Assembly: GCF_032444005.1 (NCBI RefSeq)
Contig: NC_091282.1
Span: 766,506,001-766,570,000, forward strand
Source of the DNA: Ranitomeya imitator
Lineage: Eukaryota
Reading direction: 5' to 3'
Length of the DNA: 64,000 bases
The notes under the pieces are model-generated. The model saw only the letters and a program-made list of their open reading frames with translations, was not told the origin of the DNA and ran no database searches. The position numbers were made by a program, and so were the translations under genes. Each line of letters starts with the position of its first letter. Position 1 is the stretch's first letter. Shown here in pieces: positions 60,101 through 64,000 of this stretch.

Positions 60101-60129
60101 CTCAGAAATGGAGATTAGAAGAAGGATAG
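7626..60129 (+). CDS. ATG2B: Autophagy-related protein 2 homolog B, 3' part of the gene (26 coding exons; 5' exons lie upstream of the window)
   Basis: Exons joined at GT-AG junctions stay in frame (1 nt + 1222 codons including TAG). Peptides match vertebrate ATG2B rather than ATG2A as I recall them: [99 protein letters not shown]. Confidence 0.96.
7979..8121 (+). CDS. ATG2B: ATG2B exon 2/26
   Basis: ttgcag|ATG GTG ... AAC AG|gtgagt; [30 protein letters not shown]. Confidence 0.95.
8467..8624 (+). CDS. ATG2B: ATG2B exon 3/26
   Basis: Poly-T tract then cag|G ATC ... TAC G|gtgagc; [24 protein letters not shown]. Confidence 0.95.
9187..9359 (+). CDS. ATG2B: ATG2B exon 4/26
   Basis: cacag|AT GAA GAC ... 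GTC AAG|gtttga; [13 protein letters not shown]...[23 protein letters not shown]. Confidence 0.93.
9521..9671 (+). CDS. ATG2B: ATG2B exon 5/26
   Basis: ttgcag|CAG TCA ... CAA G|gtaacc; [22 protein letters not shown]. Confidence 0.93.
9804..10003 (+). CDS. ATG2B: ATG2B exon 6/26
   Basis: gacag|GT GTC ... ACC AAG|gtctct; PHWLEPTIY...[18 protein letters not shown]. Confidence 0.92.
10869..11172. mobile_element. Harbinger-like MITE
   Basis: Terminal inverted repeats G(T)GTATGTTTCCACGTTCAGG / CCTGAACGTGGACACATACCC; TSD not clean. Confidence 0.55.
12871..14362 (+). pseudogene. DIRS copy 2 gag-like ORF1 with a +1 frameshift
   Basis: An extra T near 13057 (GATTCCCCCC versus GATCCCCCC in copy 1) splits the ORF into tracks 12871..13248 and 12935..14362. 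Confidence 0.92.
14394..16012 (+). pseudogene. DIRS copy 2 RT/RNase H/MT ORF2 with a 253-bp internal deletion
   Basis: The junction ACTCG|CTCAAC at 15154/15155 removes the equivalent of copy 1 4254-4506; the MT domain is intact. Confidence 0.92.
16048..17038 (+). pseudogene. DIRS copy 2 tyrosine recombinase with a +1 frameshift
   Basis: T7 instead of T6 at 16713-16719; the R, HSTR and Y motifs are present. Confidence 0.92.
17849..17929 (+). CDS. ATG2B: ATG2B exon 7/26
   Basis: ttccag|GAA TTC ... GAG CAG|gtctcc; [16 protein letters not shown]...WHEQ. Confidence 0.93.
18034..18140 (+). CDS. ATG2B: ATG2B exon 8/26
   Basis: ttgcag|ATA TTA ... TAC AG|gtaatg; [33 protein letters not shown]. Confidence 0.95.
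18419..18511 (+). CDS. ATG2B: ATG2B exon 9/26
   Basis: tcgcag|G CCT ... CTC CG|gtaagg; [31 protein letters not shown]. Confidence 0.95.
18616..18686 (+). CDS. ATG2B: ATG2B exon 10/26
   Basis: tttcag|G ATT ... CGA G|gtgagt; [23 protein letters not shown]. Confidence 0.95.
19263..19330 (+). CDS. ATG2B: ATG2B exon 11/26
   Basis: ttccag|AT TAC ... GAA GAG|gtaacc; [23 protein letters not shown]. Confidence 0.93.
23266..24872 (-). mobile_element. Complete Tc1-family DNA transposon (1607 bp, IR/DR type)
   Basis: TA TSD (23264-65, 24873-74); ~190-bp ITRs starting CAGGTCCTTCTCAAAAAATTAGCATAT, with an internal direct repeat AAATTAGCATAT. Confidence 0.97.
23542..24546 (-). CDS. Tc1 DD34E transposase, intact, 334 aa
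   Basis: MGKTSDLT... start; paired-like HTH ([19 protein letters not shown]), GRKR linker, FSDESKF, FQHD-34 residues-E ([11 protein letters not shown]), KGFPTKY*; no stops or frameshifts. Confidence 0.95.
   Translation of the reverse strand: MGKTSDLTDVKKAIIDTLKQEGKTQKEISQQIGCSQSAVSRHLNGKSVGRKQCGRKRCTTRRGDRTRRKIVEKDRFQTLGNLRKQWTESGVETSRATVHRRVQEMGYRCRIPQVKPLLNHKQRQRRLTWATEKQHWTVAKWSQVLFSDESKFCMSFGNQGARVWRKTGEKEMPKCLKSSVKYPQSVMVWGAMSAAGVGPLCFIKGRVNAVSYQEIWEHFMLPSAEMLYGDEDFIFQHDLAPAHSAKTTGKWFTDHGITVLNWPANSPDLNPIENLWDIVKRKLRDARPNTLDELKAAIEASWASITSQQCHRLIASMPRRIEAVISAKGFPTKY
25031..25201 (+). CDS. ATG2B: ATG2B exon 12/26
   Basis: tggcag|AAC AGA ... ATA AAG|gtcaaa; [37 protein letters not shown]. 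Confidence 0.93.
25283..25418 (+). CDS. ATG2B: ATG2B exon 13/26
   Basis: ttgcag|ACT GAT ... AAC G|gtaacg; [16 protein letters not shown]. Confidence 0.92.
25716..25918 (+). CDS. ATG2B: ATG2B exon 14/26 (contains the LIR motif FCIL at 25883-25894)
   Basis: tctcag|GT GCC ... GTC TCA|gtaagt; [12 protein letters not shown]...[12 protein letters not shown]. Confidence 0.94.
26257..26486 (+). CDS. ATG2B: ATG2B exon 15/26 (WIPI-interacting region)
   Basis: tttcag|GAT AAG ... TAC AT|gtaagt; [34 protein letters not shown]. Confidence 0.95.
26663..26771 (+). CDS. ATG2B: ATG2B exon 16/26
   Basis: gctcag|G AGT ... ACC AAG|gtacgg; [12 protein letters not shown]...[14 protein letters not shown]. Confidence 0.95.
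27142..27336 (+). CDS. ATG2B: ATG2B exon 17/26
   Basis: gtccag|GTT AAG ... AAC ATG|gtaaga; VKFQHEVYP...[34 protein letters not shown]. Confidence 0.96.
28160..28261 (+). CDS. ATG2B: ATG2B exon 18/26
   Basis: cctcag|CTG ACA ... GAC CAG|gtaacc; [11 protein letters not shown]...[19 protein letters not shown]. Confidence 0.96.
28270..28460. repeat. Tandem repeat, ~81-86-bp unit, ~2.3 copies
   Basis: Unit atgtaactcaggatcagtaat...gcagaatagtgagtgcagctctggagtataatacagg at 28271, 28352 and 28438; a related fragment lies at ~34140-34215. Confidence 0.85.
28949..29098. repeat. 42-bp minisatellite, ~3.5 copies
   Basis: actaagggactgtgctatacataataagtgagtacactatat at 28988 and 29030, with partial flanking copies. 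Confidence 0.85.
29728..32866. mobile_element. Harbinger-like MITE split by an L1 insertion
   Basis: TAA|GGCTATGTGCACACG ... CGTGTGCACATAGCC|TTA. Confidence 0.7.
29866..32688 (-). mobile_element. 5'-truncated L1-clade LINE, second family (RT + C-terminal Cys motif)
   Basis: 15-bp TSD ATAATGTCAATTCTT at 29851-29865 and 32689-32703; [37 protein letters not shown]...HMIWDCP; frameshifted; short A tail. Confidence 0.93.
33340..33876. repeat. Low-complexity (CCACCACC-CCCATCATTG)-like degenerate array followed by (CA)n
   Basis: Repeated ccatcattg/ccacc motifs; (CA)n at ~33848-33875. Confidence 0.8.
35361..37779 (+). mobile_element. DIRS copy 3 (related subfamily), 5' half deleted: RNase H end, MT, YR, ICR, right ITR
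   Basis: [31 protein letters not shown] track 36098..37162 with RVSEL and AHSTRA; ICR ~37137-37232; ends AAAAATCCCTCTTTT. Confidence 0.92.
37446..37699 (-). mobile_element. Very short 5'-truncated L1 (ORF2 end + 3' UTR + poly(A)) inside the DIRS copy 3 right ITR
   Basis: 14-bp TSD ATACACCCATGGTT (37432-37445, 37700-37713); the minus strand reads [13 protein letters not shown] then a UTR with AATAAA and an A tail. Confidence 0.88.
38114..43689 (+). mobile_element. DIRS copy 4 (distinct, older family; full length, many frameshifts)
   Basis: Left end TTTTCCCTTCACCCATGA, right end ...ACCTTGGTGTTTT, ICR ~43351-43431 with an AAAA junction; gag ([12 protein letters not shown]...LRDPLDKK), RT ([14 protein letters not shown]), RNase H ([13 protein letters not shown]), MT and YR (KAHSTRA) remnants. 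Confidence 0.92.
43906..44511 (-). mobile_element. Non-autonomous Helitron (606 bp)
   Basis: The minus strand starts A|TCTAATATATAA and ends CTAG|T; hairpin CCCGATTC-TAAA-GAATCGGG (43917-43936) 11 nt from the 3' end; no TSD. Confidence 0.85.
44326..44451. repeat. 13-bp tandem repeat (CATTAGCTCCGCA) x ~9 inside the Helitron
   Basis: Period 13: units start at 44334, 44347 ... 44438. Confidence 0.95.
44611..44689 (+). CDS. ATG2B: ATG2B exon 19/26
   Basis: ttttag|GAT GCC ... GAG G|gtaagt; [26 protein letters not shown]. Confidence 0.95.
44700..46076. repeat. 35-bp minisatellite array (TATATTCTTGTACATAGGAGCAGTATTATAGTAGT), interrupted by a MITE
   Basis: Unit starts 35 nt apart (e.g. 45673, 45708); the array fills most of the intron. 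Confidence 0.92.
44838..45536. mobile_element. Tc1/mariner-superfamily (Tc2/pogo-like) MITE
   Basis: TA|CCGTATATACTCGAGTATAAGCCGA ... TCGGCTTATACTCGAGTATATACGG|TA; internal ~62-bp tandem repeats at ~45130-45340. Confidence 0.85.
46130..46319 (+). CDS. ATG2B: ATG2B exon 20/26
   Basis: ttgcag|TT AAA ... TTC CG|gtgtgt; [17 protein letters not shown]...[10 protein letters not shown]. Confidence 0.92.
46396..46465 (+). CDS. ATG2B: ATG2B exon 21/26
   Basis: atccag|G GAG ... GAT CAG|gtacgt; [23 protein letters not shown]. Confidence 0.96.
46652..48038. mobile_element. Fold-back Tc1 derivative made of two inverted 3' halves
   Basis: TA TSD; arms ~46652-47281 and ~47379-48038 are reverse complements, each carrying [11 protein letters not shown]-type transposase C-terminal remnants reading outwards. 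Confidence 0.88.
48042..51450 (-). mobile_element. L2-clade LINE with near-complete ORF2 (APE + RT), frameshifted
   Basis: (AAT)n tail and 3' hairpin GCGCCATGGAATAAATGGCGC (48084-48104); [52 protein letters not shown]. The 5' limit is uncertain and may reach ~51720. Confidence 0.93.
51775..52653 (+). mobile_element. 5'-truncated CR1 LINE
   Basis: [52 protein letters not shown]; 3' end GGCTGAACTGGATGGAC...TTCAGCC followed by (ACTATGTT)n. Confidence 0.93.
53463..53681. repeat. ~31-bp minisatellite (CCATACAGTGTAATGGGCCCCACATAGTCCT-like), ~7 copies
   Basis: Directly visible tandem units. Confidence 0.85.
53997..55198 (-). mobile_element. tRNA-derived V-SINE split by an L2: head 55198-55039, tail 54102-53997
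   Basis: A box TGGCTCAGTGG (55176-55186), B-box-like GAGTTCAAAT (55141-55150), V-domain-like GGAGTTTGTATGTTCTCCCCGTGTTTGCGTGGGTTTCC; L2-type tail GCGCTGCGGAATATGTTAGCAC followed by (AAT)n. Confidence 0.85.
54104..55038 (-). mobile_element. 5'-truncated L2 LINE, same lineage as 48042-51450
   Basis: [50 protein letters not shown]; 3' hairpin and (AAT)n tail. Confidence 0.9.
56012..56094 (+). CDS. ATG2B: ATG2B exon 22/26
   Basis: gtttag|GGG ACA ... CAC GG|gtaagt; [28 protein letters not shown]. Confidence 0.96.
56488..56987 (-). mobile_element. Short Penelope-like element (pseudo-LTR remnant with an inverted 5' copy)
   Basis: 14-bp TSD CGGATATATGTCAT (56474-56487, 56983-56996); 185-bp inverted arms 56617-56801 / 56803-56987; each arm carries a hammerhead-like fold, then AATAAA, then GG|GTGAGT. 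Confidence 0.75.
56806..56847 (+). ncRNA. Hammerhead-ribozyme-like motif with an atypical core (mirror copy on the - strand at 56757-56798)
   Basis: GGAC [CCGUCGA] A GCAC-6 nt-GUGC [GAAA] (C/U)GGCCG [UC] GUCC; stems I and II pair and stem III is palindromic, but core positions 4 and 6 deviate from CUGANGA. Confidence 0.5.
57222..57343 (+). CDS. ATG2B: ATG2B exon 23/26
   Basis: ctccag|G TTA ... CTG G|gtaatc; [40 protein letters not shown]. Confidence 0.96.
57971..58373. mobile_element. PIF/Harbinger-like MITE
   Basis: TAA|GGCTACTTTCACACTTGCGT ... ACGCAAGTTTGAAAGTAGCA|TAA; internally palindromic. Confidence 0.8.
58474..58628 (+). CDS. ATG2B: ATG2B exon 24/26
   Basis: tttcag|TT CAA ... ATA CAG|gtatcc; [46 protein letters not shown]. 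Confidence 0.96.
58761..58910 (+). CDS. ATG2B: ATG2B exon 25/26
   Basis: gctcag|GCC GCC ... AAA GAG|gtgaca; [13 protein letters not shown]...[19 protein letters not shown]. Confidence 0.96.
59899..60129 (+). CDS. ATG2B: ATG2B terminal coding exon 26/26
   Basis: ttccag|GGA ATC ... GAA GGA TAG; [18 protein letters not shown]...[20 protein letters not shown]. Confidence 0.96.
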   Translation, partial: GITDTAQTIYETAAREHENRGVTGAVGGVLRQIPPAVVKPLIVATEATSNVLGGMRNQIRPDVREEESQKWRLEEG

Positions 60130-60554
60130 AGCCGGGCCCTGGCGGGGCTGTGGACCTGCGCACCAGGAGCCGGTGAATACTGTGACTCATAACTAACAAA
60201 CAGCTCAGGAATGGGTGTAACCCCGACCACATGTGGATCCTTCCCGGGTGCACAGGACACTGGTTGTACTGTGTCAGATGCAGCTCGGCCATCACGGCTC
60301 CTCAGCTTCAGCTCCCTCCTCTCCCCATCTTCGCTCAGTTCCACAAAATGATCTCTATTTTGGCAGCAGCTTTCTAGAAGTGTTACTCTGCACACTTTGT
60401 TCCCTTTTTTTCCCCCTCAGCTTTGCACTTGGCTGAAAGTGAATAATAATTCCGTTCCATGTCGTATGTAGATTCCCCAAGTCCTCCGAACGACGGAGGT
60501 ATAAAGTCCTGTGTTACATTTAGTCTGTACATTTGTAATCTGTTTTATAGTGTT

Positions 60555-60560
60555 AATAAA
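60555..60560 (+). terminator. Probable ATG2B polyadenylation signal
   Basis: AATAAA about 425 nt after the stop codon, followed by a GU-rich tract (catttgtgttatggtgagtgtg). A second AATAAA lies at 60915-60920. Confidence 0.6.
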
Positions 60561-61339
60561 ACATTTGTGTTATGGTGAGTGTGCGCCGCAGGCGGAGGAG
60601 TCACTCATTGCTGCACAGGCGGCGGAAAGGTCCTTTAATCCAGGGGCCCATGTTTAGCTCCAAACACATGAAAAGTTCCAGTGTGAACAGAGTAGTAGTG
60701 GGCGAGTTACTGACAGCTTATATCGGTAGCTAAGAGAACCCCTTCCTAGCTATGGAGCCGAATCATCAGCCAGCCCCCTCCTAGCTGTGGAGCCGATCCA
60801 TCAGCCAGCCCCCTCTTGGCTTAAGGGGAAGCTGTCCTGGCCCCTGTTATCCACCACCATGTCTGTACGGCACCTTTTCCTGCAGTTGCGCGTCTTGCTG
60901 CTCCTAGATTGTTGAATAAATGCAAAATTGGCTTTTATGCGTGTGTCACTCTTTCGGGGGTGTTGATTTCCCCAAGGTAATCTTCCCTCTCATCATGTGG
61001 GTGATCTGATTTGTAGAGCGACATCACTTCTGGATGTTTGCAAATCATGTGCGAGTGCCCGACGTTGTGACTTCCCAGGGAGGCAGATGTAGGCATATCT
61101 GTGATGGCCGTGAGGCTTGCAAAGTGCTGGCAGTGATGTTTGGTTCTTTTTATAAAAAAATGAATAAATGTCACCTCCTCCGTCTGAGATGATAACAACA
61201 ACATCCATAAGTGTCATTGTCCATAGAAATATGGCTGAACGCTCATGTGGAGCAAACGTTCTAATTCTCCACGTCCTAACCCCAACACTACGCAGCATTC
61301 ATTCTTGTAAGGTCAGCTGTATGTCAGGTCCTGGGACAG

Positions 61340-61633
61340 ACAGCAAAATGGCGGCAGACAGCACTCTGTAGTATAAAATGGTTGCTCGTCCTAACTCCAC
61401 AGGATCCAAGTGGAGGAGTACATACCAAAGTTTCAGAAGTGAAGGACAGCATCCAATCCAGGTGAAGAAATAAACACTTTATTGTGCCATAGGTGCAACG
61501 TTTCAACCCCAAAGGGGTCTTTATCAAGCATGCTTGATAAAGACCCCTTTGGGGTTGAAACGTTGCACCTATGGCACAATAAAGTGTTTATTTCTTCACC
61601 TGGATTGGATGCTGTCCTTCACTTCTGAAACTT
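61340..61633 (-). mobile_element. Short Penelope-like element, second family, with a perfect 206-bp palindrome
   Basis: 14-bp TSD AGGTCCTGGGACAG (61326-61339, 61634-61647); arms 61428-61530 / 61531-61633 with no spacer; hammerhead-like fold, AATAAA (61578-61583), and donor TG|GTATGT on the - strand at 61425. Confidence 0.78.
61531..61567 (+). ncRNA. Minimal hammerhead-ribozyme motif, U3-A8 core variant (mirror copy on the - strand at 61494-61530)
   Basis: UGC [UUGAUAA] A GACCCC UUU GGGGUU [GAAA] CG [UU] GCA; palindromic stem III AACGUU; cleavage triplet GUU. Confidence 0.65.
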
Positions 61634-61987
61634 AGGTCCTGGGACAGGACATAGCCATCATCTGCCACTGACTATTCTGGGGATGTGTCCTCTGTCACCT
61701 GGTCACCCATCGAGTCCTTCTTAGAGGCCAACCTGGTCCCGAGGTATCAAGAGAACTGATTACCTGTAGATCATTTCTTTTAATGTTTAACCACAGTCCT
61801 CGGTCTTAGAGTGAATTTACACGTTCATATTATTTTGGACCCCAATACTCTCGCCAATCATGTGTTCCCATGTCCTGAACGAACAGTCTCCGTTCCATTA
61901 CCATCTATTACATGGTACTGTATATTCTCTGCACTTCTAAGACCCCCTATTTCTCAGGAAATCTAGACTTCATGGCTCTATTAGGAG

Positions 61988-62438
61988 TAGTGATGAGCGA
62001 ACCTTTCAAAGTTTAGTTAGATTTGTCGAACGTACGCAAACCCCAAGTCAATGGAAGGCCAAACCAAACGTATACACAACACCTAAAGGGGTACTAACAA
62101 GCTTCCCAAACAGGAAAAATTAGGGGCAAACCCCAAGAAAAGTGGCATTAACTGACCCAGAGTAGAAATTTGCAAATGGCACAGAATCAGTCAGCCATGG
62201 GCCATGCATGAGATATCAGGGTCTGGCCCATAATTTACAGCTTGGAATTGAAGTTTCAATGGAGACCTGGTGGTTAAGGGAGTGGTATAAGCCTTCATAG
62301 CTGGGAGCCCTGATATCTCATGCAACAGCTCAAATTATTTTTCCCAGCCACATTCAGATGGCGCATACATATAGGAAAAAAATAGTAAATAAAAAAATGT
62401 GGTAAATTCTGTACTTATATCCTCCATATTGGTATATA
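61988..62438. mobile_element. Left part of a hAT-like non-autonomous element
   Basis: Starts with the TAGTGATGAGCGAA terminus; the other end is not in the window. Confidence 0.45.
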
Positions 62439-63225
62439 CACTGCTCAAAAAAAATAAAGGGAACGCTAAAATACCACATCCTAGATATTGCTGAATGAAA
62501 TATTCCAGTTGCAAATTTTTATTCGTTGCATAGTGGAATGTGTTCAGAACAATAAAACATAACAATTATCAATGTAAATCAAAATGAATATCCCATTGAG
62601 GTCTGGATTTGGAATGATACTCAAAATCAAAGTGGAAAATCAAATTACAGGCTGGTCCAACTTCAGTGGAAATGCCTCATGACAAGGAAATGATGATCAG
62701 TATTGTGTGTGGCCTCCACATGCCTGTATGACCTCCCTACAAAGCCTGGGCATGTTCCTGATGAGGCGGCAGATGGTCTCCTGAGGGATCTCCTCCCAGA
62801 CCTGGACTAAAGCATCCGCCAACTCCTGGACAGTCTGTGGTGCAACGTGACATTGGTGGATGGTGTGAGACATGATGTCCCAGATGTGTTCAATCAGATT
62901 CAGGTCTGGGGAACGGGCGGGCCAGTCCATAGCTTCAATGCCTTCATCTTGCAGGAACTGCTGACACACTCCAGCCACATGAGGTCTGGCATTGTCCTGC
63001 ATTAGGAGGAACCCAGGGCCCACCGCACCAGCATATGGTCTCACAAGGGGTCTGAGGATCTCATCTCAGTACCTAATGGCAATTTCAAAGAAATGCCACC
63101 CCACACCATTACTGACCCACTGCCAAACTGGTCATGCTGAAGGATGTGGCAGGCCACACATCCTACTGAGCATCATTTCCTTGTCTTGAGGCATTTCCAC
63201 TGAAGTTAGATCAACCTGTAACTTC
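62439..63225 (-). mobile_element. Internally deleted Tc1 element, with its second ITR cut by an L1
   Basis: TA|CACTGCTCAAAAAAATAAAGGGAAC; C-terminal transposase LMQDNARPH...SPDLNLIEHIWD (62697-63044); 63160-63220 is the reverse complement of the inner part of the first ITR. Confidence 0.85.
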
Positions 63226-64000
63226 TTTTTTTTTTTTTTATTCAAATAAATTTTTATTAAGAATAACAAGGCAATTAACATGTTACATTTACATTTTCAA
63301 TATAGAGTATTTCCCCCCCCCTCCCCCTTCAAACAGCTCCCTTCGATCCCAAAGCCCCCCACCCCCACCCCAACCCCACAAAGCAGCTCATCTTGTTAAT
63401 TACTACCATCATTAAAACAATAGAGCATCTAATCCCTCAACCATTCGTATAAGCCACACTTCACATTACTATCCCATAGCAATCCATGGAGACCACATTT
63501 TATTGAACGTTTCAGTTTTCCCTTTCTTCTTATAAATCCCTTTTTCTAGTGTCAGGCCCTGTTTCACATACTGGAGGAACTCTCCTCTTGACGGCGGCTC
63601 TTCCCTAATCCAGTTTCTAGCTATCACCTTCCTAGCCATGTACAACAATCTGGCTATAGCTATCTTTAGGTGTTTATCCACTCCAATCTCATCCACGCAT
63701 CCTAACAAACAGACAACTGGATCCCTTGGCACCGTGCATCCATACGCACCTTCCATACGACTCAAAACTACCACCCAGAAGGCAGCCAACCTCGGACATG
63801 TCCACATCATATGGAAAATGTCTGCATCCGTAGACTTACACCTCGGACATTCAGAGTCATTACGCAATCCTGCCTTATATAGCACCATCGGAGACCTATA
63901 AACTCTGTGTATCACATAGAGCTGTGACAGTCTATACGGTTCACTCAGCGACAGTCTTGGGATCCATTCCAACACCGACTCCCAAGTCTCGTTATCTATT
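63226..64000 (-). mobile_element. 3' end of an L1-clade LINE, same family as 19595-24976 (continues past the window edge)
   Basis: Poly(A) tail; ORF2 C-terminus ...CPRCKSTDADIFHMMWTCP...WSPWIAMG* is nearly identical to the copy at 19868. Confidence 0.93.

Noticed and set aside
60575-60960. Possible solo LTR or second terminal exon downstream of the poly(A) signal (33-bp tandem duplication at ~60740-60815, AATAAA at 60915)
   Set aside because: No TG...CA ends with a TSD and no splice acceptor could be established; left unassigned.

Overview
This is eukaryotic (vertebrate) genomic DNA, almost certainly from a frog; the hyloid/dendrobatid-type repeat content is my inference from memory. The only host gene is the 3' ~60% of ATG2B on the + strand: 26 coding exons from 7626 to the stop at 60129, all GT-AG and phase-consistent, 3667 nt in total, with a poly(A) signal at 60555. 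Its introns and downstream flank are packed with transposable elements, often nested, whose ends and target-site duplications (TSDs) can be read directly. There are four DIRS1-type tyrosine-recombinase retrotransposons (two are young sister copies with complementary lesions), four L1-clade LINE copies, two L2 copies, one CR1 and one V-SINE. DNA transposons comprise four Tc1-type elements (one with an intact DD34E transposase, one a fold-back made of two right ends), hAT, Harbinger and Tc2-like MITEs and a non-autonomous Helitron. The least expected features are two unrelated short Penelope-like insertions, each with a 14-bp TSD and a near-perfect 206-bp or 371-bp palindrome carrying a minimal hammerhead-ribozyme fold with a non-canonical catalytic core on both strands. 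There is no prokaryotic system, CRISPR array, rRNA or true tRNA gene. Family names were assigned by motif recognition, not by database search.
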